This document shows positions 10,872-22,212 of a DNA stretch of 33,171 bases, piece after piece. The notes beneath the pieces are model-generated. The model was given only the letters and a program-made list of their open reading frames with translations. It was not told the DNA's origin and did no database searches. The DNA comes from Octopus sinensis (taxonomy: Eukaryota): the NCBI RefSeq assembly GCF_006345805.1, contig NW_021832027.1:1-33171 (forward strand). Direction: 5' to 3'. Position numbers and translations under genes: made by a program. Position 1 is the stretch's first letter. Each line of letters starts with the position of its first letter.

Positions 10872-11360
10872 GTCGTCAACTAACCGTGACTAAGGGTGCG
10901 AATACACCTACATTGGTAGAAACAGAAGCTAAAATGTTCCAATGCTGTTATAAAGAACATAAGATACATTCTGATAGGAGCTGCAATCGCCCCGAACACC
11001 TAACCTACAATTCCCTAGACTGACCCATCCGTTTCGGCTATTTTCGTTGTCACCGCCAGTAAGGCCAACTCGTTCGGCTTATTCTGGGTTACCTCGGCTA
11101 TCAGAAGATATATATTCATCAAAAATATTTATGGATGAATTAGCAGATCGATAATGCGTATAAAAAATTCATAAAAACAGCTGTTTGAAATGTTCTACCA
11201 TAAAGAATAATTATAGTTGAAGTAAACACGACTAGGGGTGTAAATACACCTTCATTGCTAGATGCTAAAATTGTCCTACGCTCTTACAAAATGACACTGG
11301 AAATAGCAGTTTTTGTCAGTCTCCCTCTCTCTCTCTCACTCTCTCACTCTCTCTGTATCG

Positions 11361-11391
<31 letters not shown>

Positions 11392-11558
11392 TTCTGTATA
11401 TATATGATTGCGTGTAGAAGACTATAATGCTCAAAAAAATTGTCTGTCTAAACTCCATATAGCAAATGGAGTTAGACAGGAAATTTAAACTGGTCGTGTG
11501 CATACGTATATATATATATGTGTGTGTGCATACGTGCATATATGTAAGTATTCGTATG

Positions 11559-11595
<37 letters not shown>

Positions 11596-11619
11596 CATAT
11601 TTATGTATTATTTTGTGTA

Positions 11620-11679
11620 GATTCCACTGATGAGGCAAAGCATTTCTTATGCAAAGTCAGAAATCCGGGATCTGGAATT
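11620..11679 (+). ncRNA. Type I hammerhead ribozyme-like motif (predicted cleavage after C11672, AUC triplet)
   Basis: Stem I GATTCCA/TGGAATT; CTGATGA (11627-33); stem II GGC-aaa-GCAT-ttctt-ATGC-aaa-GTC; one extra A before GAAA (11660-63); stem III ATC-cgg-GAT. Confidence 0.55.
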
Positions 11680-11923
11680 ATCCAATAATTTTTTGCTAGT
11701 TTATTTTGTCTCTTTGTCTTCTCTCCTGGTGACAGTATTAAGTTGTGACTGCCATAACTAGAATGATGGTATCTTTTAGATTCCCTTAATAATAATTTTA
11801 ATAATAATTATTACCTATGAGGGTTTTATTCCCATGCTAGCCACTTGATGTGATCGCTATTTTAAATAACGATCTTATCCTTATTTATATAAATCCCTAT
11901 ATGCATATATATATATATATATA

Positions 11924-11954
<31 letters not shown>

Positions 11955-12214
11955 GAATGTATATGTCGTTATATGTCGCTTTAAAAGTATATACTGTGAG
12001 TAAGGCCGAGTGACTGCCCTCTCTAGCCGGCGATTGCCCTGTACCGAGGAAGAGAAATCAACCAGAAACCATTGGTCTGCAGGTGTTGCTTCGGGTAGTA
12101 AGAGGGCAGTATATGAAAACAGATCATGTGTAGGTAGCCAGCTGGAAATATGTTTACCTGAGGCTAAAATGTAGTCACATCGTCCTACGTAGGACTGTTA
12201 CGTTACGTTGGCAA

Positions 12215-12388
12215 ATAGACTTTCTTGACTTTACCTTTCCCTTGGATAAGATCGGTGGCTTGGAGAGAGGAGGCTGGTATGCATAGGTGACTGCTGGTTT
12301 TCCATAAATAGAGCCCTAGGTTGTACCCCGGAGGAGAACATCTTAGCTGCAGGGCATGGTCATTCGTGACCGACAGAGTCGAGAAAGT
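12215..12388 (+). mobile_element. SINE family C, 3' part
   Basis: GACTTTACCTTTCCCTTGGATAAGATCGGTGGCTTGGAGAGAGGAGGCTGGTATGCAT matches 13051-13135. Confidence 0.7.
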
Positions 12389-12876
12389 TTTTTTATACGC
12401 AGCTACAAATGCGCATTTATTGTTCCTTTGTACATAAACATGCGCTCGTTATCAAGCATAATCATAACCCACCCAGTAGCATCAATCCGTTGACACATTC
12501 GTGGCAGTTTAGCCTTGAATGTTACCAACGTCTCTGTCACTCTGGTTCCATCCTCAAGTTTGGATTCAACCTTCAGGTTTACAAACCGAAACTTTTCATA
12601 CTTGATATGTGTTCTATTGTCAGGCCCTCTCATGTTGTACGCAGTTAAGTGAACGGTGGATTATCTGCGGCCAATATTGTGCATAAACCCTTCCAAGGCT
12701 AACTGAAATGAAGACAGTGATCTCTCTCAACCTTAAGTTCTTAATTTGGTGACAAATTTAAGGCTCTTTTAAATTAAACTGAATAGATTTTATCGTGTGT
12801 CCGGCAATCTCGGACTGATGAAATGCTAAAGTTAAGTCGATTGGGTTTTGGTCGTAGAATATACTAAATAGGGCTT

Positions 12877-13199
12877 GTGAAGCTACATGGCTCAATGGTA
12901 AGAGTGACGGGCTCACAATCATGAGGTAGTGAGTTCGATTCCTGGGCCGGACTGTGTGTTGTGTTCTTGAATAAGACACTTTATTTCACATTGCTCCAGT
13001 TCACTCAGCTGTAGAAATGAGTTGCGACATCACTGGTGCCAAGCTATATCGACTTTGCCTTTCTCTTGAGTAACATCGGTGGCGTGGAGAGGAGAAGGCT
13101 GGTATGCATGGGCGACTGGTGGTCTTCCATAAACAACCTTGCGTCGAAGGGTAACATTCTAAGAGCAATCTCGGGGTCATTCATAGCCGACGGAGGTGA
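12877..13199 (+). mobile_element. tRNA-headed CORE-type SINE (family C)
   Basis: A box TGGCTCAATGG, B box GAGTTCGATTCC, CORE-like TTGTGTTCTTGAATAAGACACTTTATTTCACATTGCTCCAG. Confidence 0.8.
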
Positions 13200-14414
13200 A
13201 TTTCAACTACATAAGATTGTATTGTGTGTAAGGAGATGGTGGAATGCGGCAAAAAAAAACGCGTTTAGTTATAGCTTGTGTACCAGACAATAATAGATGT
13301 TATTTCTCAATCTTTCGAAGTTGACATAATAACTATCAGATATGTAATAGCATAGAATACTTAAATTGGACCTTCTTCTAATATGTTATTCTTTACCAAA
13401 TAGATGCATTGCCTACTGTAGACTTTCTATTAAAATTAGCTCTCTTTTAATCTCTCGGGATTATTTAAGTTTAGAAAGCTCACGAATATTTTCCATTAAA
13501 TATGAAATAATCATAATATGCTTGGTGAGTCTCGGTGAATTACTAAATTATCTTCAGTTTTTATAAGGTTAAGAAATGGTGAACAAGTTTTGCTCCGCTT
13601 ATAAAATTAGTATATCTCTGTTAACTTTTTTATGTAAGCAGCTATATTACGCCATTACGTCTGCTTACAATGGTGAATTAAACTTCGATCCTTGTTTGCA
13701 GCTAGAGCCTGTATGGGAGGATATAAACGTATAGCAGGATATAAAGCAGGAATTTTAAGGCAACGTATCTCAGATATCATTGTTTTATTCATCAGTGTTG
13801 CCTTATAAAACGCGATACAGACCAGTTATTTCAACGATAATTTCTTAAGTTTTTTTGTCTTTTATTTCATATTTTTTTAACACTGGATATTTTTTCCAGT
13901 TCCATGTATATGCAGAATTATTTACCGTTTCTTTCGTTTCGTATTTTCAAAATCATACTTTTTTTAATTTAATTTTTCTGTTGCAAAACAACCTTTTATA
14001 AATGATTCTATTACAACTGTGACACAGATAAATTGACAGTTATAAATGTATATAAATGTTTTTGATACGGCGTGAAATTAAATGACTTCGGCTGCAATAA
14101 ATAAAATATTTATTAAATTCAAATGAAAATTTGTTTTCAATTGTGTTCACGTCATTTGTTTGGAAGCAAGAAAGACTATATTTATCAACTATTTAATTGC
14201 CGTTGTCGTTATTATATTTTGGCGTTTTGTTAAATGTAATAGTCCAGTGACAGCTGGCGTTTGGTGATAGTTTCATTAGAATGTGGAAGGGGGACAATGG
14301 ATTGACAGAGAGGGTAAAAGGGAGAGAAGATATATTTTGGAGTCATTACTTCTGTCGCTTTAAGTTCAAATCTTAGCGGAGTAAACTCAGTCTTTCATGA
14401 TTTAAATGTTAGGC

Positions 14415-14670
14415 CACTGGTTTTCAACTGGATTATATAGGACCTTTCGGGTTCACTTAAAATCTAGTTGTTGAAAATTACGTGCAACAAATTAGTTATT
14501 CTTCTACAATATAGAAAATATTTTAACAAATGTTTTTAATAAAATTCCAGTTAATATGTAATTATGAAAATATAATGAATGTGTTAAAAAGTTCGAATGA
14601 CTCTGGGGATCCAGTACAGCAAAAGAGGAAGCAAATGGGTCCACAGGCATAAAATAGTCTAGAACCACTG
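14415..14670. mobile_element. hAT (Charlie-like) MITE
   Basis: Left end CACTGGTTTTCAAC and right end AGAACCACTG resemble the CAGTGGTTCTCAAC terminus. The flanking 8-mers TGTTAGGC / CGTTAGAT fit a decayed 8-bp TSD. Confidence 0.55.
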
Positions 14671-15121
14671 CGTTAGATAAAATAAATACTGAACAAGTAA
14701 TGAAGTTGAGGATAAACGACTTTATTTAAGCCTTGAAATTCTATCTCCATGTCTGTAGAAATAAAACACATTGCAACAACAGTTAAGCGTAATTATTTGT
14801 ATTTACATATTTACTGGGATGGATTTTCATCCTTTCGAAATCTATAGCAGTTATACATAAGGGGTAGCTATAATGCACTTTTCCTTTTCAAAACTTCTGT
14901 CGTTTACATCTATATTAGAAGTCATTAAACGGGATGTTTTCGTTCAGAAATGGTTGCAGTCTGATTTATGCAGTTTTCCGTAATATTTCCTTACAATAAT
15001 CTAGATTCTTAATTGCAAATCATCTGAGTGGTTCTAATCTCACTTTCATTGTTTCAAAATAAATAAAGTAAGAGTGATGTGGAGTTCTCCAGTGAATGTC
15101 TTATATTATGTAATTCAGTAC

Positions 15122-15390
15122 CTGACTTAGACTTGGGTGCTCTCTCATCCGACGACGGATGAGGCAGTCAAAGTATTCCTACTGACTCGGTAAGCCGCCA
15201 CCGACATTGCTTGGTTCTATCCTAGGTTTACCATCTTAAGATCCCTATAGATTGTCTGTTGCCAGTTCAAATTGGTACCTCCAAGCACCGTTGCTCCTGG
15301 GGTTCAACGGAAAGACTAGGTTGGTGAATGTCTTTCTCGCGAGTCATCTGACAACTCATTCGGTGCTTCCTAATGGTTTTGTTCGGTGCC
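15122..15390 (-). mobile_element. RTE-like LINE 3' end fragment
   Basis: Minus-strand translation NLNWQQTIYRDLKMVNLG*NQAMSVAAYRVSRNTLTASSVVG*ESTQV*, ending in TCTAAGTCAGG. This resembles RTE ORF C-termini and their short 3' repeats. Confidence 0.5.
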
Positions 15391-16176
15391 TAACTATTCG
15401 AAATTAAAACCCAGGGGATAATTGTCAATTAATCAATGCATGCATTTCTCCGTTACGTGTGCTATAAAGAATTAATTCTAACACATTCGGGCGAGATTTA
15501 TAGATTAGAATTCTAAAATAAAAAGAAAACTTGTGTGAGATATCGTGACATGCCGTGAATACAACAGCTAAGGCTTTGTCAGATCATAACCTAGCATCTA
15601 AAACAAAGCGGGGTCACACACACACACACACACACATACACAGTAACGAGGTCTGAGTTGATACAGAGAAATATATCTTCCATTTAAGTGTGCGAGTGAT
15701 TTACAACTTTAGATTGCAGTGGAAGTTCGAAAATAACATGTACTTGATTTTATTCTTGCTGCGTAAAATATAGGAATGTTGGTTAGACACTAATTTAAAG
15801 GTAATAATTGTAAGACTGTTTGTTTACACAGAAGCGCTACGCTGTATATCTTTTCTTTACGCTTGCTCGCTTATGAGTTACTTTCGAGTGATGAAGTTGC
15901 AGTGTATTGATGGTTGGTGCAACTGAGTTTAGTTTAGATTGTATGGAGTTGGTTACAGTGGTTAGAATAGACTAGGTTTTGTGAGAATCTAGGTTTTGTA
16001 ATAGTTTATGATTTTTAGTAGAACTTTTATTGTAAAGTTTTACTTCATGCTCTGGGGGCTGGGGTGTTCAGTAAACAATTTCAAGAATGTTTTCACTGCA
16101 CGTATGCTTTAAGATTGCACGGTGGGTTATACCATATTGTTTCATATTGTACAGAGTTTTGTGATTATCTTTTTTG

Positions 16177-16266
16177 CTTCTTCTTCTTCTTCTTCTTCTT
16201 CTTCTTCTTCTCTTCTTCTTCTTCTTCTTCTTCTTCTTCTTCTTCTTCTTCTTCTTCTTCTTCTTC
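16177..16266. repeat. (TTC)n microsatellite
   Basis: Direct reading. Confidence 0.95.
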
Positions 16267-16648
16267 CGAGAAGCCGCTGCAGATAAGAGAATCTCTAATA
16301 ATTATCAAAATCATTAAAAATGTCTTCTATTACATTCTAATATACATGTATTAGAATTTTCTCTGATTTTTCAGATTTTTTGTATGCTAGACTACTGGTT
16401 TTAAATTGATATTAAAATTAATATTAATTTATCATTATTTAAATATTGAAATAAATACGTTCTCTAGTAGCAAGCACTAACCGCAGTGAATTATTTACTG
16501 CAGTTCTTCGCTTCAGGAATTTTTCAGCGTGCCGGAACTAAGACATTTGAAATTTTATCTCTAATGTAATCGCTAAAACTAAACACATGTCTCTTTTTGG
16601 CACAGAAAGCTGGGGTTAGTTTTTTTCAAATTGCATTTACACTGAACG

Positions 16649-16725
16649 ATTGTACTGATGAAGCCGCGGACATTTGAATTATGTAAGTAATTCTTTTGTT
16701 AAAGTCCGAAACCGTGGTATGCAAT
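16649..16725 (+). ncRNA. Type I hammerhead ribozyme-like motif with extended stem II (predicted cleavage after A16719, GUA triplet)
   Basis: Stem I ATTGTA/TGCAAT; CTGATGA (16655-61); extra AGCCGC, then GGAC...GTCC enclosing the hairpin GAATTA-tgtaag-TAATTC; GAAAC (16708-12), CGTG loop, GTA (16717-19). Confidence 0.55.
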
Positions 16726-16874
16726 TAATTCTGTTTTTTATATAAATTTGTCCTGCCCGCCAAATTTGGTTCTGGTGTTCGCTGAATTTTTCCTCTAGAG
16801 AACTTACTTTGTAGTTTGATCGTTGATGATCTATTTCTAGCATACGGCAGACTACCTAGCAGTCTTGCCCTGTC

Positions 16875-17085
<211 letters not shown>

Positions 17086-17134
17086 TATATGTATATAAGT
17101 CTATGTATCTCGATATAGATATACATACTCATGC

Positions 17135-17474
17135 CGGTACGTACGCAGTGAACATTTCAATCGTATTCATAAGCTACTTACAAAGTTATGCTGAGTTATG
17201 TAGTTTGAGGGGCTTTCAACTGTGTGACGCTTTATTGCAGGTATACAAAAGTGTCAATGTAATGTAATGAAACAAAGTATTGTCGTGATATTACTATCTT
17301 TATAGTAATAACGAAACACTCTATCGAAGAACAGAAGCAAAAGATATGAAACGAACACAAATTGTTCGTGCTGCACTTTATTTGTCTACGTAATTCCTTG
17401 TTTAGAAATAACAACAGTCTTTTATCCACAGACGCTGTTAGCTGACCAATCTGAGAAGATGTTGTGGTACCAGC

Positions 17475-17475
<1 letters not shown>
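17135..17475 (-). mobile_element. Partial duplicate of the Tc1-like element (part of the left TIR plus the transposase 3' end)
   Basis: About 95% identical by eye to 19647-19991. Confidence 0.9.
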
Positions 17476-17540
<65 letters not shown>

Positions 17541-17607
17541 TAATATATATATATAATATATATAATATATATATATATATATTATATATATATATATATA
17601 TTATATA

Positions 17608-17643
<36 letters not shown>

Positions 17644-17650
17644 TGTATGT
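17476..17650. repeat. (TA)n + (TATG)n microsatellite
   Basis: Direct reading. Confidence 0.95.
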
Positions 17651-18370
17651 ATATGTATATAAGTCTATGTATCTCGATATTGATATACATACTCATATGT
17701 GTGTGAATGTGTATGAGTATGCCTCTGTGTGTATACGTACGTGTATACGTCCGTATGTGTGTGTATGTGCGAGTGTGTGTGTGTGCGTAAGAGAGAGAGA
17801 GAGAGAGAGAGAGTATTCACGAATATATTTTTTCCCAAGTACTTAACACCAACCAATTAAATATATTTAAGCATCACAAAATTCAACACATGTATGTTGG
17901 AAATAACACTTGCTTAGTGCTCTCCTTCACTGACACATTTTAAATATCGGCCATTAACTCACTTTCAGCTAAATTATATAGAAATCTCAGTCAAGTCTAC
18001 TTCAGTGTCATCGTCGATAATTTCTATGTTAATGCGAATGTAGTTTGGATGCGATTCAATTTCAACACACCACACTTTTTACCTTTTGTTATAATTTTCT
18101 TCGCTGCTATAGTACAGAGCTGTCTCATCATTCCAACAAATGAAACTTGCGTGATGGAAAATGTTTTCAATTAAATCGTTTGGGAGAGTTTCAAGCGTAC
18201 CAAAAAGATTCTCATAGAATTTTTATCGAATAAATGCTGTAAAGTACATGCTCCCTTATAATGCGACCAGCCCAAGTTTTGATTTCTGCAGTAACTTTTC
18301 CATTAACGTTGTCAACACTCTTAAGAAAATGAATAAATTTCACAACACCTCAATCACATCGTTTAAAAAC

Positions 18371-18372
<2 letters not shown>

Positions 18373-18464
<92 letters not shown>
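18373..18464. repeat. (TTA)n microsatellite
   Basis: Direct reading. Confidence 0.95.
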
Positions 18465-18559
18465 GAATTAATGGTATTTTTTTACTTTCCTACAATCAGT
18501 GTAATTTTAATTCGTAATATTTATTTATTTATTTTCGGCCTTATATGCGTTTCACGTTT

Positions 18560-18760
18560 TGGCAAAAGGCTAGCAGTTGTGGGAGAGGGGTAAAGTCGAT
18601 TATATCGACCCCAGTGTTTGACTGTTACTTATTTTACCGACCTCGAAAGGATGAAATGCAAAGTCGACCTCGGCTGAATTTGAATTCAGGACATTAAAGA
18701 CAGACAAAATGATGCTAAGCATTTTCTCCGCCGCTAACGATTCTGCCATCTTACCGCCTT
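18560..18760 (-). mobile_element. SINE family A
   Basis: GAAAGGATGAAATGCAAAGTCGACCTCGGCTGAATTTGAATTCAG...CTAACGATTCTGCCA. Confidence 0.8.
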
Positions 18761-19287
18761 AGTTCTATTTATTTAGTTTTTTTAAATGTACTAATACTTT
18801 AACATCAGATTAGAATCTACTCGTACAAATGATGCGATGTTTATTCAGAAGCTGGCTCTTCTAGAGATAAAAGCGAAATATTTCTCAAATCACACAAACG
18901 TAAATCAAGTTAGACACAGTGACCAGCATGGCCGCTGAGGTAAGAAAGAGATAGGAGGGGCATGATTATAGTTCTGCAAAATCCGTCATAACCTGGCGTT
19001 AAACAACAACGGCATTAGAATTCACAATCCAGTGTATGACTCTCCCCGTGCTCACTCATCTTGCTAAAAATAACAGCTAAATAGCCTTCAACTCCCACAC
19101 GACACAATATAAGTCGACGGAGTGGGCAAGGTTTGAATGTCTGTTTCATGGTTCTACTTGTTCAATGTTGACCCAGTGAAAAGAACAAGAATAATAACGT
19201 TGATGGCATTTCATCAGGATCATTTGACTTGCTAAACTAAGCAGCCATCTCTCCCTCAAAACACACACTGAAGAAATGTATCATTTT

Positions 19288-19490
19288 TTATCTTTATCTT
19301 TTACACGTTTCACTCATTAGACTACGGCCATGCTGGGACACCACCTTCAAAAAATTTTAGTTGAATGAATTGACCCAAGTACTTACTTTTTTTAAAAGCC
19401 TTGTACTAATTCCATCGGTTTCTTTTGCCGGACGGCTAAGTTACGTGTACATTAACACACCAACACCGGTTATCAAGTGGCAGTCAAGGA
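19288..19490 (-). mobile_element. SINE family B, 3' part
   Basis: CGGCCATGCTGGGACACCACC...CCATCGGTTTCTTTTGCCGGACGGCTAAGTTAC. Confidence 0.75.
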
Positions 19491-19559
19491 CAAAATACAC
19501 AAAGATATACGCACCCACACATACATATACATACATACATATATACATACATACACATA

Positions 19560-21096
19560 AACTGTGCATCACGCTTTATTGCAGGTCAAATTTGTGTTGA
19601 TATTTTGAGTATTAAACAGTGTACTTGAAACTTAAAGATCCTAGGTCGGTACGTACGCAGTGAACATTTCAATCGTATTCATAAGCTACGCACAAAGTTA
19701 TGCTGAGTTATGTAGTTTGAGGGGCTTTCAACTGTGTGACGCTTTATAGCAGGTACACAAAAGTGTCAATGTAAGGTAATGAAACAAAGTATTGTCGTGA
19801 TATTACTATCTTTATTGTAATAACGAAACACTCTATCGAAGAACAAAAGCAAAAGATATGAAACGAACACAAATTGTTTGTGCTGCACTTTATTTGTCTA
19901 CGTAATTCCTTGTTTAGAAATGACATGAAACAGTCTTTTGTCCACAGACGCTGTTAGCTGACCAATCTGAGAAGATGTTGTGGTACCAGCAAATGTTTTA
20001 CTCTTTTCCGACTGAGCATCCTTCGATGAAAACTGGATGCCTTCATCTTACACTTTCCTCTTCTAGATCGACCAGAGTTGTTCGGTAGGATTTAGGTGAG
20101 GAGAACAGGGAGGTCAACTCATGAGTTATTGGTCTGTGGTTCCCAAAGTTGCGAGGTATGAAATTGTCGCATTGACTGTCGCATTGGCATGCATAAAAAT
20201 CAATCGCCGTCGATGTGGGATTGGTAGATCATCTAACCATGCTGCAAAATGCTCCTCCGGAAACGCGGTGTTGGAATTGCTGGTGAGTTTGACTCCTTCT
20301 GGCACTCGGAAAGGCCCGACAAGTTCATTTCCCTCCAATAACATAATGCCTCTACATCCTTGTTGATGCCAAATGCGATGCAGGCGAGGGGCTCCAAGAG
20401 GTACTCAAGCTTTGGCCCCTTCCGTCGGGGCCATCCAAAATAGCTCTGACCTCATCCGTGAAGAAGACATCTTGAAAATTGACCTTCATGTACTTCCGTG
20501 CCCAATCAACATGCTTCACTTTGTGGTTCTTGCTTAGGATGGGTCTAACGATGCACTTAACACTTCTGACCGTCTCTTTAAGGATCCAACACCGGATGCT
20601 TCTGGACAAAGGAGCAACCCCAGCATTTTCAAATATGGTAGCACTTGTGCTACCGCGATCTTTCCTTACTTGTGTACCTATTTTTCAGATATTACGCTGG
20701 AATACACTTCTTCTCATACTTTTATCTTGCCTCAGTTTCGTGATGGGGTTTTCCACATGCGCCATCAATGTTCTTGTGTCCCGACCAAGCTCTTGGGCCG
20801 ATTCTCCACAGATAAGCCATCTGCGAGACCTGCAACAATTCGTGCCTTCTCTGTAGCTGCCAAACGTCGTTTCGACTGCATTTTCGTACACCTGCAATAA
20901 AGTGGGACACAGGTGAAAGCCCCTCAAGCTACTTAAATCAACATAACTTTGTAAGTAGGTTATCAATATAATTGAAATGTTCACTGCGTGTGTACCTACC
21001 TAGGCTCTTTCAGTGGACCGGGTTTCACGTTTGTACACCGTTTGATATTCAAAATATCAACAATGATTTGACCTGAATAAAGCAGGATACACAGTT
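19560..21096 (-). mobile_element. Tc1-like DNA transposon (TRT/DD37E-like), full length, inactive, with ~210-bp IR/DR terminal inverted repeats
   Basis: TA at 19558-59 and 21097-98. Left TIR ~19560-19765 and right TIR ~20880-21096, each carrying two ~26-bp direct repeats (consensus aactgtg..c.cgctttattgcaggt). Decayed transposase inside. Confidence 0.9.
19890..20881 (-). pseudogene. Tc1-family transposase pseudogene with frameshifts and stops
   Basis: Pieces read MQSKRRLAATEKARIV..., AQELGRDTRT (HTH), WARKYMKVNFQDVFFTDEVRAILDGPDG (first D), ELVGPFRVPEGVKLTS, IFMHAN (second D mutated to A), PPCSPHLNPTE (E), SVDKRLFHVISKQG. These resemble TRT/DD37E motifs, recalled rather than searched. Confidence 0.88.
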
Positions 21097-21097
21097 T

Positions 21098-21106
21098 ACA
21101 CACACA

Positions 21107-21139
<33 letters not shown>

Positions 21140-21170
21140 CACCACACACCACACATATATACATATATAC

Positions 21171-21256
<86 letters not shown>
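21098..21256. repeat. (CA)n/(TA)n microsatellite
   Basis: Direct reading. Confidence 0.95.
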
Positions 21257-21257
<1 letters not shown>

Positions 21258-21547
21258 TCTGTAGAATCTTATTTTTCGAGCATCCAAAATGGCGAGACCC
21301 TTTGTCACAAGAATTGATTACTTCACAACAATCCTTGAAAAGCTAATTTAAATGGCGAAAACCGGTTGGATATCACGACTTCCATAAAATATGTATATAT
21401 TAAAACAAGATTTCTTTATAAAAAGATATTAAACTATGTGAAATGAAAGCATTTCTCTTCCACTTTTTATATATGTTTTCCACATATTTTTCAACTCATA
21501 ATTTTGCCACATGGTGTATACGGAATCTCCAGTATTTTTGCTCCTTT

Positions 21548-21599
<52 letters not shown>

Positions 21600-21634
21600 T
21601 ATAGTATATATATATATATATATAATATATATAT

Positions 21635-21680
<46 letters not shown>

Positions 21681-21754
21681 TAATATATATACATACAAAC
21701 GTATTTCTGTGTGTGTGTGTGTGTGGTGTGTGTGTGTGTGTGTGTGTGTGTGTG
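21548..21754. repeat. Compound (TA)/(GATA)/(TG) microsatellite
   Basis: Direct reading. Confidence 0.95.
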
Positions 21755-21757
21755 CAA

Positions 21758-21995
21758 GTGAAGAGGCGTGGCCTATCTGCTATACTGTTGCACTCAGGAT
21801 CGCCATATTGTAGGTTCGTTTCCTTGACCGGGCGGCATGTTGTGTTCTTGAGCAAAAACCCTTCACTTTACGTTGCTCCGGTCCTTCTTTCGATCAGGGA
21901 GAAATGGTGTTTTGCTCGCCTAGCGTGCGGTGTGGCGTCGTTTGAAGGCTAAAAGAATGCAACAGCACACTGCGACTAGTGAGGGCTAACATCAA
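21758..21995 (+). mobile_element. CORE-type SINE (family C variant)
   Basis: GGTTCGTTTCC B-box-like; TTGTGTTCTTGAGCAAAAACCCTTCACTTTACGTTGCTCC. Confidence 0.7.
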
Positions 21996-22058
21996 CCAAT
22001 ATATACACACACGCGCGCACACACGCACACACGCACTCACACACACACATATATATAT

Positions 22059-22212
22059 GGCGGGCTTTTTTGAGTTTCTCTCTACCATGCCCCCTCACAA
22101 CGTTCGGGTCGGCTTGAGGCTGTAGTAGAAGATATTTGCCCAAGGTGTCATGCAGTTGGGACTGAACTCGGAACCATGAGATTGGGAATCAAAATTCTTA
22201 CCACACAGCCAC
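22059..22212 (-). mobile_element. SINE family B, 5' part
   Basis: GAGGCTGTAGTAGAAGATATTTGCCCAAGGTG...GGGACTGAACTCGGAACCATG...CTTACCACACAGCCAC. Confidence 0.75.

Noticed and set aside
13756-13805. Minus-strand 9-bp stem enclosing CTGATGA and CTGA (C/D snoRNA or hammerhead)
   Set aside because: Only ~16 nt lie between the boxes, too short for a guide snoRNA, and there is no GAAA/NUH for a hammerhead.
15888-15926. GTGATGA...CTGA C/D-box-like pair
   Set aside because: Interior is only ~28 nt and there is no convincing terminal stem.
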